Assembly: GCA_965649825.1 (NCBI GenBank)
Contig: OZ287697.1
Span: 893,635 to 957,634 of the forward strand
Direction: 5' to 3'
From: Penicillus capitatus
Lineage: Eukaryota > Plantae > Chlorophyta
Length of the DNA: 64,000 bases
The stretch's first letter is position 1. Each line of letters starts with the position of its first letter. The notes under the pieces were generated by a model. It saw nothing but the letters and a program-made list of their open reading frames with translations. It had not been told where the DNA came from and did not search any database. The translations under genes were made by a program, and so were the position numbers. This document shows positions 10,830 to 22,929 of the stretch, piece by piece.

Positions 10830-13130
10830 TCACAAGGCGTGGTGTGCCGACGTATCGCTATGGATTCTTTCGACATCCGTGGAACCGATCAGGTACCAGC
10901 AGACCGTTCCATCCTTCCATGGTAGGTGATGGACCGAGAGCCTCCCGTCTTGGAGATGCTGGATGTGAATGCAACACTTCGCTACGTTCCGTTTTCTGTC
11001 GTCCATCGTACAACGTTCTGACTGGTTCTCCGCCAAGTCTGTGTTGTTCTTGATGAATGGCTGGATGATCGTTTGGCGCTGCACTTCCGTTGAAACAGTG
11101 ATTTTTGTCAGTCGAGATCTTCCATTCCGTTCTGCGCTTCTCGTCTTGTTCCAATGAGGCCACATGCAGACAGATTCCGACACAGTGTATGGGATGACAT
11201 GTTCTAACTTTCGATGACGTTGTTCAATGTATGACCTGTAGTTCTCTAGCACGGACCCTTTCGCTTGTTTCGTGTTGTCTTCGAGGTCGCAGTCAAATCT
11301 TTTGAGGATCCCTTTCATCCAGAACGCTCTCTAGGCGTTATGCGCTCCGTTGAATTCGTTTCGCGCAACGCCAGCCTCTTAGCAGGATCCATGTAGACGT
11401 GCACACTATCAAGAGTGAGTGTTTCTTTCAAACCCTTTGCAACTTCCGACAGCTTCACAGTCGAAGGCAGCAGTGGATACAGGCACCAGTGGCTACAGAA
11501 CAGGGAGCGATCGCATCCACGTCTATGATGTTGCGGAATCACTCATGTCACTGAGTGTTCTTTGACTGGTCGATGTCTCTGGCTTCGGCATACGAATCTC
11601 TGTTCTCTCCGGTTGGGATAGAGGAGGTCACTCATTTGCCTGCCAAAACCAAAACAACACAATCATTAGGGAAATGGACTCTGTTAGAAGAGATGGACAG
11701 GTGTATGAGCAAAGAGATAATTCTAACCGGCAGGCGCGGCACACGAAGTCCAACAGATCGTCTAATCCGATACGAGGTCGTGTGAATACGCTTGTTTATC
11801 TGATGCTCGCAACAGAGACAACGCGTCGCAGGGCCATGGAGTGCCGTCTTCTAAAGCTCCTTCACTGCGTCGGGTATCCCCAAAGAAGCACGTCATCGTG
11901 CAGACCGAAGTCTGAACTTGCAGACGCCGACTCTTCCGTTCGCATCTTCGGAGTGAAACAGACCTTCGAGAGTCGCGGATGTCAAAAGATCGGGCAGGAG
12001 AACGAATTGCCTCAGCAGTGCCACGCGTGAAGTACGAGCGCTTCAGCCCAAGGTCCCACCCACGAGGCGATGGGTCTGCTCGAACGCATTCGATTGTCTC
12101 TCATGTTTGTTTTCGTTTCCCTGCCGCATCTGCGGGATACGAGCAGAAAAGAGTGGTGACGCGTTCGATCCTTGTCGAGATTTCGGTCCACTCGAGAGCA
12201 GCCTGCCATCAACGAACGTTTCGGCAGTTCGCGTCGACAAGGACGTTTTCTTCGGCGAGGTTCGGAACAGGAAAAGACTGAACGACGTCAGCAGCACTCT
12301 TGGACGAAGGTTTGTATCGGTCTCTCTGTGGATGCGCTATGACATTCAGGCTTTCGTCCGCACGATGACGGAAGGCGAATCGGTGAAATATGGCATACCG
12401 TTCACTCGCTGAAAAAAAGCTGCACGCAGTCTTCTCGGCTGGCGGACTTGACAGTCGTTTATGCAGCATCTTATCGAGCCTAGGTCGCATCGATTTCGTT
12501 TTGAGCTTAGCAGATTGTTGAGCGCAGTACATTTAGATCCATCGAGAGAGAGAGAGGAGACGGACAATTCAGAGGCGTGTCAGAACCGGCACAATCAAGG
12601 GCGACAGTCGCGAGGTCATGTGTCCGTGACGACGCACCGTTGTTTTCATCGATTGCTTTGCTCTTCGAAAGACGGAAGAGCCGTTCCTCGAATCGGCGAC
12701 GTAGCCAGAGCAGTTGTGCGATCTTGGCTGCTTCGCGCATTTGCACGTTACGCACCACCCCACCCTCCTCCGTGTCTCTAGAGAAGATGCCGATCAGGTA
12801 ACCTCATTAATGTGCAAGACATGATTCATGCATATCGTAGGTATGCGTCGACAAGAGAATGTTAACACTCAAGTGCCGGTCGGGATTCGATAGGGTCGTC
12901 GACTTTGAAAGAGAGCTGTGTTCGTTCGCGCGGAAAGAGGAGCACGAACGAATACCTCGCCCCTCAGAGGTGTTCTGTGCGGTTAGTGTGAAAGAGTGGG
13001 ACGACAGGGATGCGTCTTTGATGTTGATCGAAATGTGTGACCGTAGAAGTTCGTAGGATATGCAAATGAAGAGCAACGGCCTTCTTTGCTTTCTCCTTCC
13101 AATAAGGCCATCGCCGCATTAGAATGCAGA
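10830..13130 (-). pseudogene. Decayed Roco (Roc-COR)-like gene
   Basis: Frameshifted, stop-containing segments occur in COR-domain order: AAFFQRVNGMPYFTD (cf. AL.FLH.lG.ilyF), ESLNVIAHPQR (cf. VIL.PQW), FVLLPDLL, RLPVRIISLLIHL, NDCVVLVLAGK. No intact frame. Confidence 0.4.
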
Positions 13131-13889
13131 CAACGAAGAGAGCACACGATTTCTCTTTCGGGAAACAGATGTACTAGCCGGTGGTCCTTGAAAGCCCATC
13201 GAGCTAGCAGTTTGTGTCACATTTCGCCGTCACCGTCAGCGAACGGCACGCACAAAGAGTGAATCATCGTTCGCTTTTCGTAGCCACCTATTCGTCGTGC
13301 TGTGGCAGGAATCGCGCTTCATACGCCGCGCCATAGAAAGAATTGCGGTTTCTACTTCATAAAGCGAAGGAAGCATGGATTGAAGTCGTTTTGCCGACTG
13401 CAACCGGACCCTAAACTATGTTATGCTAAGGGGCTGCGGACAGCAAGAGCGAGAGTGTGTCTAGAGAGCTTGAAGGTTTCGTCAATAGATGACCGCCGAC
13501 GAAACCATCCTTCCTGTTCACTCATATTCTTCGTCGCCGTAGCGGCCTTAGACACCTGAAACGTGACAGGTATTTTTGGAGATAGACGACAGCAACACGC
13601 GAACGCTTTGCCCGTGGCAGCAGCGGGATGTGTGCGTGCGTTCGCGCTGAATGTTGGATGCGAAGATTCCTTCACGGAAGAACCTACGATCGATCAAGAG
13701 GATCAATCGGAGGCGTTCATACGTACATCATGTTCGGGGCACGATCGACCAGAAACTATTCTCAGACAGCCGGACAGACAGCCAGCCGGCATACAAATAG
13801 TCTATCGCCAGTTCTTTTTTGGTATTTCTCCGTCCTCTCTTTCAGACTTTGCCGTCAGAGATCGTTCATTTCTCGCTCCTAAGAGCGTC

Positions 13890-15089
13890 ATGTTTTGTTG
13901 CCGTATGGTTTTGTTCGTCGCCGTCATTACTTTGTTGACGGCAGGTGCACCAACCTTTACCCACGTCTCTGCGGCAAAGAGTTCGGCCTATACGTTCTCA
14001 GCAAAGATCGCTCAAGAAGCATCCTTTAAGAATCGCGACTCGAAGGCGGTGGCACTCGAAGAGATACTAGCCGCTTCCAATTCCAATGCTCCGAAGAAAA
14101 TCACAGGGGAGGATATAAACCTAGGTGGGAAAGCGCAAACTCGTCCCTGTTGCGTTTCGTCCGGACTGCAACGCGTCGACTGCTTCGTTAAAGGCCCGAC
14201 GGCGGAGGTGCAGTGGATCTACGTCCATCACGGCGACTACTCAGACTGGGTGACATTGGAAGGGACGATACATGGAGACATTGAATGTGTGAGCCGCAAC
14301 GATGGCGTCATCGACGTCTTGGCTCTCGACGAAACTGGTATGCTCATGGACAAGACCTACATACATCACACGTGGAGCGAATGGAAAATTGTGGGCGGAC
14401 CCTACATGGAAGTGCCTTCGTGTGCCGCACGAATGGCTTGGATCATCGACTGCATGGGCAGAATGGCGAATGACGCTTCGTTGCAACACATTGGACATGG
14501 TTTTGATGGTTCCTGGAGGTATCATGACGATTTTCCAGGAGAATGGGCTTCGAGCCCTGTGGTATGCTCACGAAGATCCCTTGTCGACTTCGATTGCTTT
14601 GGCAGTGGAGAAAGCATGCTTCTCCATGGGAAATTCTGGATATCGGGTGAATGGTCCCCCTGGACGAGTCTCAGTGCCCGAGGACATAAACGGCCCTCTA
14701 TTGCGACTTGGGGGACGTCGCTGAGAATGCATCTGTTTGCCATGGCTGTCGAGACGACAGGCATTGTGCATATTCCCATCAATGTTAAAGCAGAAGAACC
14801 TTGGGAAGATCTGGGAGGCGTCTTCGATTCCGTGCCTGAGTGTGTGGCGTATGGACACGACCTCGTTTACTGCTTTGCAGTAGGAGAGGAATCTTATCTG
14901 TATTTCAACTCTCTCGACCTTGACGGATGGTCGGGATGGAGCCGTTCCACCTCTTTTCAATTCCTCGAAACGCCATCCTGTGTCCTGGAGAGAAAGGAGT
15001 TCGTCTTTGAGCAGTACTACATCGTTTGCACTGGAAGAGCTGTCGGCCAAGATGTCATTCAGATTACCTACGATATTTCTGTCGAATAA
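13890..15089 (+). CDS. Secreted seven-bladed beta-propeller lectin-like protein, PLL/DUF346 type (copy 2, intronless)
   Basis: Start at ATG 13890 or 13905. Signal peptide MVLFVAVITLLTAGA. Repeats paralogous to copies 1 and 3 (RPCCVSSGLQRVDCFVKGP, WEDLGGVFDSVPECV, FLETPSCV). Confidence 0.85.
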   Translation: MFCCRMVLFVAVITLLTAGAPTFTHVSAAKSSAYTFSAKIAQEASFKNRDSKAVALEEILAASNSNAPKKITGEDINLGGKAQTRPCCVSSGLQRVDCFVKGPTAEVQWIYVHHGDYSDWVTLEGTIHGDIECVSRNDGVIDVLALDETGMLMDKTYIHHTWSEWKIVGGPYMEVPSCAARMAWIIDCMGRMANDASLQHIGHGFDGSWRYHDDFPGEWASSPVVCSRRSLVDFDCFGSGESMLLHGKFWISGEWSPWTSLSARGHKRPSIATWGTSLRMHLFAMAVETTGIVHIPINVKAEEPWEDLGGVFDSVPECVAYGHDLVYCFAVGEESYLYFNSLDLDGWSGWSRSTSFQFLETPSCVLERKEFVFEQYYIVCTGRAVGQDVIQITYDISVE

Positions 15090-15145
15090 ATCTCTACCTT
15101 TCGATCTTTGTTCTTCGGAACTGAACATGTTGTGTGGATGGGGGA

Positions 15146-15170
15146 ATGGGATGGGATGGGATGGGATGGG
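15146..15170 (+). repeat. (ATGGG)5 microsatellite
   Basis: Five perfect ATGGG units, read directly, downstream of the lectin copy 2 stop codon. Confidence 0.95.
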
Positions 15171-15214
15171 TTTGAGAATCGTTTTTTGTGTCCTTAATCG
15201 CAGTTGGATGCCTT

Positions 15215-15658
15215 CTATAAACCGGATGCAATGCACACGAACACCATTTTCCCCCACATTGCCTGCCTTGGTCTGTTTGGCAGTATGATTGTGAACAGAA
15301 CCTTTTTTGCTGCAAGCTGTGTGAGATGGATTCGGTGTTTTTGGGTGGTTTGCATGATTTCCCGGTAAACAGATGTCAGCAGTTTCTTTTGGCGTGGAAT
15401 CTCTTCGACGTCGCGCGATTTTCGCGACAAACGGAACGAAAAGGTACTCAGAGATGGTGGAGGGAACGTACCGAGAAGTTTGATTTCGACTTCCTCATGC
15501 CCATTCAAACCGTCGCCCGAAAACGCATGCAGCATCTGCCGCGTCCTTCCGTTTCGGCGCCAAACGAAACCGCTTCGTCGCTGCTTGTCACTCCGACACT
15601 CCACACAGCCAAGGATCGCTCTCTGGCGGCACGCAGGGCGATTCAGAGGTGCGTGCAT
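15215..15658 (-). CDS. Small hypothetical protein
   Basis: ATG at 15658 (MHAPLNRPAC...), an open frame to 15215, and a consensus G|GTACGT donor with an in-frame intron. No recognisable domain. A competing + strand ORF (15326-15688) exists. Confidence 0.3.
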   Translation of the reverse strand: MHAPLNRPACRQRAILGCVECRSDKQRRSGFVWRRNGRTRQMLHAFSGDGLNGHEEVEIKLLGTFPPPSLSTFSFRLSRKSRDVEEIPRQKKLLTSVYREIMQTTQKHRIHLTQLAAKKVLFTIILPNRPRQAMWGKMVFVCIASGL

Positions 15659-15795
15659 CTCGATGCGAAAAGACACAAGCTACAGTAATTGCCGCCATTC
15701 GGGCATATTCTTCGTCAGAGTCAACAAGAGATCATGTTCGTTTACGAAAAAGCATAATAACTGTTCGTCGAAGCTCAAGAGCTCCTTCTTCCTCA

Positions 15796-18700
15796 TCAAA
15801 CACGTGGACGTTTCGTGGCCGGCTCCATTCCGTCACACAGAGAGACATTCTGCTGACTCTCTGCACCCGAAGAACCCTCTGTGGCTTCATGACTCGACTG
15901 CGGACGTGCACTCGTTTCAGCGCTCGCAATCTGACATCACTCAATGATCTCGCGATCACCCACACCGATGGCATACCTGTGGGAGGGATGGAGTGCCAGA
16001 CGAGAGACTAGGAACTTGTCGGCCTCTCTTGAGGAGACAGGAGAGATGCGCCGTATCCGAAATGAGCCACGGTGCAATGCGTTCACAGGACAGAGGCTCT
16101 TCATCTTTCTCCGCGAAGCTGCTGCGCGGCAGGTGCCTAAACAGAACGCGTTTGGTGTTTCTCTTTGGCGGAGAGTGTCACGCACCTGTCCTCTCCACTC
16201 TTCTCAGAGGCCTCTGGACTACAGAACTTCAGAAGGTGTGCTTGCATTTTGGTCACAAAGATGGAGTTGTAGAAATCAATGATATCACTCATGTCTTCCA
16301 CCTAAGTGTTCGATATGCGCTTGTTCGCGCTATCCATTGCATCGCTCGGAGGTTCCGTTACCTGGAATCCTGGGTTCGTTTGACGTAAGATCACGTTTCT
16401 GTAGATTTCTGGCTGATGAAGTTGCTTGTAGCGATGGGTGATTTCTTTGAACGTAATGCCTAAGTTATGTACTTTGCAGACGCCATAGAGTGCACAGAGT
16501 GTGATCTGATCCAAATGGCGATTGTAGAACAGATGCGTCTGCTCATAGAGTGCACATTTGAGGGTCCTGTACACCTGGCTCGGCAGATACCTCGCTGCAG
16601 GACCGTCGAGAGAGGAAGAGAACACACCTGAAGCATGATAGCGTTGTTGCTGACAGGTTGAAAATTGAGATGCAGCTTGAAGTCCATCAGACGGTGGGCA
16701 GCAAGCCTCAGCGTCTTTCTGAAGAAATCCTCCAGAACGATTCTAGATCGATTCGGCTTGGCATGGACAGCTTCGATCGTTCCCAGGCCTTCTGGCAGAT
16801 GCGACTCCCTCGAGGCGGATAGGGACGACGACTGTGTGCTTTCAGAAGTGCTGCCTGCGGACAGAGCTGCAGGACAGTGCCACAGGATGGAGATCTCTTG
16901 CCTGTCCTGGCCGAGGAGGCCACGACTTTGAAAGCGGAACCGGGCGATCTCTGATCCAGCGAGAGGCCGGGGATCGACAGAGCAGAAGACTTGAAGAAAG
17001 GCGCCTGTGATACTGTCTCGCCCGTTTTGGGCATCTCTGTCTCGGAGAGCGTTTCCTGAATGAGCGTGTAGATCGATGAGCCAGGCAACCAGGACAACGA
17101 TTCGATGATGCGTTCTTCGATATGTCGCAGATGTCTTTTCATTCTGGGATGCATGTCCGTCATGGCGTTCAGGAAGACGTCGATGATCTTGCAGAATTCG
17201 AAGGGTCTCAGTTTGAGGATGTTCAGAAGGGTCGGAAACGCCAAGTGCTCCTGGAGATGCGAGAACGGTGCGTGAGTGAGAACGCCGATGATGTGACAGG
17301 AGACGACCTACCAGCTTTAGCGAGACGATCACTATCTCCAAGGCACAGGTGATAAGAGAGAGCACAAAGTCTTGAGACAATAGGATAGGTGAGAAGCCCT
17401 TTCCGTGCTGCACATGCGATTCCATCTCCAGCAGCGATTCCATGGACCGATAGAAGATCTGGATGCCCTGTCAGAGACAACGCAGCAATGGGTGGGTATC
17501 TGCAAAGAGATGCCAAAGAGGGATGTTACCAGTGATGCCTCGTGGGAAATCTCTTGAGGATTGGTGCCTTTGCTTGGGAGGATTCTCTGGACAATGCCAA
17601 ACAGCTTCGACTGAATGGCTGCTGTCATTTCAGATCCGCAGGTATCGAGATAAGACTTCAGCTTCTCCGATGGCTACAGGACACAGAGTGTCGTTCTCTC
17701 TTGTCTGGCGAGTGACCCAAGTGACAGACATTGATGGGACAGTGCTGTGCGAAGCTGGCGAGCCACGTGGCCAGTGAAGTACGGGATGAGGAAGAAGAGG
17801 TCTTGTCGAGGGGGAATGTGGAAGGTGTGGGTGGAGATGGGGCGGGTGAGGGCAGTGCGGCAGGAGGGACTGGCGCATCCAGCTTCTGCATGACACGCTC
17901 GACAAGAAACAGACGTTCATCACATTCGCCTATCGTCGCTAAATATTCCTAAATCGCCACACCCCACCATCATCTCATGCATTGCGTGCGATCTGCCAAG
18001 ATGGTCACCGAATATCGCGAGTCCAGCACTTCTAAGCAATGGTCTAGTAGATGTTTTTCGGGATCCAGTACATTATTCGCACTTCCTTGAAATCTGGTTT
18101 CTCCCTAGAGAGATGATCATTTGAGTGAGTGAAGGATGTGACTGCAGAAAGAATCCTGCCTGAGTGGATATCCCTTGATTCTGCACATCGATGCGGCTGT
18201 TGAGTAAATCCAAAATCAATCCTTCGACAGATGTCATCAGATCTTCCAATCTCTTCCATTCCTCTTTCGGAATCTTGTTCAACACTGCACGTCACATCAA
18301 ATCACATCACATCACATTCGATCCATCCATGCAGAGGTATGCTCACAAGCGAGTTTATGGAGGGAAATGATGCCATTCCCTTGATCGCTCGAGTCTCGTT
18401 CAAACAAGGTTCGCAGATCCGGATGCCAAAACGAATTCGGCGTATTCACCAGGAGAAAGTTGCAAATACAAAGTAATAGATGAAAACAACTGAACACATG
18501 ACACAGATGAATAGATGATGATCAAGAGTGGAATGGACACAGCAGGGCTGAAGGGGGGAAGAGAGGACAGACGGGTGATCTCACCTGGGCAGGTCAGGAA
18601 ACTCTGGCAGCAGTTTCGACTTCTCCAGAATAAACATGAGCCAACCGAATCGAAAGACCTTATTATTTATCAAGTCGTTAATATCCACGTGAAACAAAAG

Positions 18701-19226
18701 TGTAAAAAGATCCTTTGCATGCACAAAAGAGTGAGAAATGTGTGAGAATGCAGGTGGGAGACTTTGTATTTCTTGGACAGTAGAGTGGAGTACACCAACA
18801 TTGTCCGCCACGCCTTCATGCGCATTGCCACCATTTCCACGTCGATCTCTCTGCCACAGAGTGACGCGAGCTTCGGGGCAATGAGGTCCATCGCATATGG
18901 CAACTGACGATAGAAATCAAAGAGACTATGGCATGACAAGCGTGCGTCGCTGGCAGTGGATGCCAGGTGGAATGGACGTCGTACTCGAGACGCAGATGCT
19001 TGACGATGGTCGAAACCGGCAAGGCAGCGTTGGGCGGTGCGTTTGCGGCATGGCGTTTGGCCAGACAACGTGCGAGATAAATCGCCGCGGCTTGGAGCGT
19101 TGGCAGCGTGAGTTTGGATTGAATGTCAGTCGGGGCGTCGTTCTTTGCATCACAGAGCTCGCGAAAGAGCATCTGTGCGAATTCAGCGCATTCGCTCTCC
19201 AACACCAGCTCGCCGTCGAGATTCAT
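15796..19226 (-). CDS. RBR: Retinoblastoma-related protein (RBR/MAT3), multi-exon
   Basis: N-domain: VKHLRLDLFDFYRQLP, LLSKKYKDLF, FRFGWLMFI. Pocket A: FPTLLNILKLRPFEFCKIIDVF...RHLRHIEERIIESLSW. Pocket B: LFYNRHLDQITLCALYGVCKV...TFKEI, DIIDFYNSIF. C-terminal NLS-like PATKRPRV*. Exons joined by ~46-60 nt GT-AG introns. Confidence 0.95.
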
Positions 19227-19248
19227 CGCGACCAGGAAATGGATGGGC

Positions 19249-22200
19249 TCAATAGTGCGCTAAATGTTCGACTATTTCTGTCAGTCGATGACGGGACAGG
19301 ACGGAATCGAACATCGGACTTCCGTATGTTTTCGTTTCGTTGCGGAAACTAAAAATAGTGTGAACCTTCCACATCGCTTCCGGCCGGCTCTTCAGCTGCT
19401 CCAATAGAAGGCTGCGGTCTTTGGAGGTGTAGCTTCCGTGATGACGCTGATAGCACGATTCGATATCGGGTAAGGAAAGACTGCCCCGACGATCGGCGGA
19501 GAGAGAGGCCGTTGGATCGTTCACGGTTTGCTTGTACCACATAACGAGTTGCCCCCAAATAAAATGCGCTCCATACTTTTTGCAAATCACGGGATCCCTG
19601 TCACATCATGAAAAGACGTTTGAGTGAGAAATGCGTGAGCGATGTGACAGATCGTTAGGCTTGCATTTTGTCTTTGTCGTTGTGCATTCCGGTTGGTTCG
19701 TTTGTGGAAGGTAGACAAGCGCCAGAGACGCTGCTGAGATGAAGCCTCAATGGCTCCGAAGTGAAACCTGTATACCAAGGCAGATAGACGCTCTGCTTGA
19801 TTAGCGCCTGTCACGATGAGACGTACCTTTGTAGTGGTATCCAGGTTGAAAGAAAATCTGAGTGTTGGCGTAGAGGTAGAGAACATCGGCTGCCGCTTTG
19901 TGCAGACCACCTAGATACTGATGTGACAACGCCAGATGATCATTTGACGTTGATGTGACACCTGAAGCGCTGTCGAGCACTCTGAGCAGTTTTTCGATCG
20001 AGAGAAGGTGTTGCCGAGCAGTGCTGAGGTCTTGGACGTCTTGGCAGAGAAGATGACACATTTTGGCGATTTCTGGATGTCGTCCATCGAGTTTCTGACC
20101 CAGTCTCTCCATTTCTGACGAACAGAGATCGTTCTTCTTCTTGACTTCTGCTGGCAATGTCGCTTTGAGGAAAGATTTAAAAAAACGCCGGGCGATGGAG
20201 GTCTCTCCAGACCACAGGTGCTGAAGCGTCTGTTCTTCGCTCAGAGGGATAAGCGGCGGTCCCTTCGGCTGACATTTCTGCTGCAAACACATCCGTACTT
20301 TATCAAGCGTGATTGCGATATTTTGCAGACGACTTTCTTTGACGCCTGGCAGACGACACAGGTGTGAGAAAGGGGTAAGTGATATAGGAAAACCATGATG
20401 GTACCTTTGGCTTGTTCATGAACATGAACAGTTGTCGCCGACGGTTGGGAATCTTGGGCATTGGATTGCAGGGCATCAGGTAGCAGACGGTACTCCTCCT
20501 CGATGAACTCCAAAATCAGAGCCGCCCATTTCTCCAACCAAGGAGGCACGCGATCATCATCTCTGCCGAGACATGCTTCCCTCAATCCATGACGCTTCAC
20601 AAATGATAATCCTCTGTCACAGAACAAAGGACAGAATCGGTGCTCACATCCAATCGACGTCGGTCTTCTTCTGTCAGCGGCTCCGTTGCCGTTCGGAGGA
20701 GAATGGCGTTTCTGTGGAGAAAATTATGACGACAGGACATGATCTGCATATAAGCACTGCTCCCAGCGTAATGCAGAAAGGAACCGCGGCAGAGGGGAGA
20801 TCCACAGAGGCAGATGGCCGATCGGAATTCTTTCTCGCTTTCTGTCACGGACGCATAGTCGAATGTCAGTTCCTGCCCCTTCAGTACCTCCCTTGTCGTG
20901 TACATGGCAATGGTTAACCGACCATCCACGGACAGCACGGTCACTTGGCAGTTGGGATCGCAGCTGTGGCTCATGCGACTGGCGAAGGTGCCCTTGGCAG
21001 CAGCATCCACATAGATCACCTCAAAACCGTCAGGATCCGTCCTGGGCCGTTCCAAAACAATGTTATAGAAGTCGGGGACGTCGTTTGGCGATTGCCGTTT
21101 CAAAATGTCTTGAATCTCGAACCATCTCCATGGCGCATGCAAGACGCCCAAGTACTCTTCAACAAGAGTGAAGGGTGGAATGCCATCGGTGCGTTGACAG
21201 ACGACGCCTGTTCCTTTGGGATGGATTCGGAAATAGTCATCGCCCACCCACTTGAGCCTCTTCTGTACGGCCGTGGCCATCTGAGCGCCGTGAGATGACG
21301 CATCAGAAGAGGAATGGCAGATGAGGTCGAGTGCCGAGGCAAGATTCCAACCCTTCTCTCCTTGTTCGTTGATTGTGGGGCTCAGGACTGTTTGGAACCA
21401 GCAATGCGCATCTGAGCTCTCCACTCCAGGGATAGATGCATCGACGACGGCGTCGTAGACATTCTGCCGAGAGTAGCAGTCCATTCCCCATGTATCCACC
21501 TCCCTGACGTCCACCTCAAGTTTCAAGACCTGCAGAGATTACACTTGTATTGTCACGGAGGTCGGAGCCAAAACGCACATCCCTTTGGCGGACGGATTCG
21601 ACGAGGGATGTCTCTTTCTGTCGGAGATCGGATGAGGACAAGGAGGGATTATTTTCGAAAAAATCGACGCAGCAGCCGTCCGGAATCGAACTGCGCAACT
21701 TCTTGAGCAAAATCTCACGGTTTTCCTCACACTCATAGCTCTCGATGTGGATGTACTCTCTACGCCAATGTCACTGTCCCATCAACCAGATGCAATTTTT
21801 CAATACCCACAGACCTCTTGTCAAATGGCTCTTTTCGCCACGTTCGATGAAAATAGGGCAGTTGATTGGCGCGGATGGAACGGGGAAGTGAAGATTCTTC
21901 AGAAGTAACAGTGTCATCGGCAGTGGTCGTTGTTTTCTGTGCCTTCTTAGGCGTATCATAGATTTCCTGAATGGCCTCCGTCAGTTGATCCAGAAACCCG
22001 TGCAAGGAGGATGGAGACAGGGCGGATGCTGACCCACCCTCACACATCTTCCAGTATGCAGCAGACACGTCCTGCACTACTTTTTCGCTGGAGAGGGCCG
22101 AGGCCTCTTCTCGCCATTGCTCGCACAGATCTGCATCACCACCTAAGTCCAGAAGGACGCGGACGTGATACCTTCCACGTAGCTTCCTTCCTCTATCAAT

Positions 22201-22900
22201 GCTTCTGCCACGACGTGACCTCTCAACTCAGTCGCGGCATTCCGTCCCTACAGCATCACACTTTTGGACAGGTGACGGAGTGAGAGGACATGGTGGACGC
22301 TGTCGTTGTCTACAGCGCGGGGTGCATTCGATGAGAAGATACTGTCTAGTAGTTTAACAATCTCTGGCTTTTTGTCAGAAACCTCCTCGGACGCTTCTCT
22401 TTTGGTTCCTCTCACACTTTGTTTCTCACTCATTTTACCATCGTCACCCTTTGGGTCCTCCATCGAGAAACGCGTCGCATCTTCCGACTCTTCACAAGAA
22501 TCGCAGAGCAATTGAGCTTTAGGAAAAAATCCCAATCCGACATCCGTTTCTTGTTTCCCCGTCTTCGAGCACAACTCCGGTGGATCCCATTGATGACACA
22601 CGGTCAGGAGCTTCTCTGCTGAGGTCACTGTAGTCACACATCGATTCTTGGCCTCTTTCCGTATCCGCATCAGTCTCTTGATCAACCGTGCCTGTCCTTC
22701 GTCGTCTTCGATGCTCCCCACTTTGATTTCTGCCAGCAACCGCCTGAAACGTCATCCCCGTCAACCGAGGGTCAAACAGAGGGGGAGCCGCACTTCAGCT
22801 GATCATGAAACCGCGGAATTTTGCTTTCGAGCCAACGGCATTCTTCCGATGTGCGAAGACGCTCCAATCGATGCAGAAAGCCGTCGATCGAGGACTTCAT
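19249..22900 (-). CDS. ATXR3: ATXR3/SDG2-type histone H3K4 methyltransferase, multi-exon
   Basis: SET region VEEYLGVLHAPWRWFEIQD...DFYNIVLERP...FASRMSHSCDPNC...ELTFDYASVTESEKEFRSAICLCGSPLCRGSFL. SDG2-specific C-terminus GQLVMWYKQT...RGSLSLPD...YGSPMFDSVL. Start inferred at ATG 22900 (or in-frame 22924), joined via a 50-nt intron. Confidence 0.92.
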
Positions 22901-22929
22901 CGCGTTGCCGTGTTTAATGCTCATCTTCT

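Noticed and set aside
13563-13889. Extended N-terminus of the lectin copy 2 ORF (and 10471-10632 for copy 1, 54316-54369 for copy 3)
   Set aside because: The signal peptides and comparison among the paralogues place the starts at the downstream ATGs. The extensions are open 5' sequence.
16460-17443. 327-aa minus-strand ORF inside RBR
   Set aside because: Only its start is a true RBR pocket-A exon. The rest is read-through into intron and off-frame sequence.
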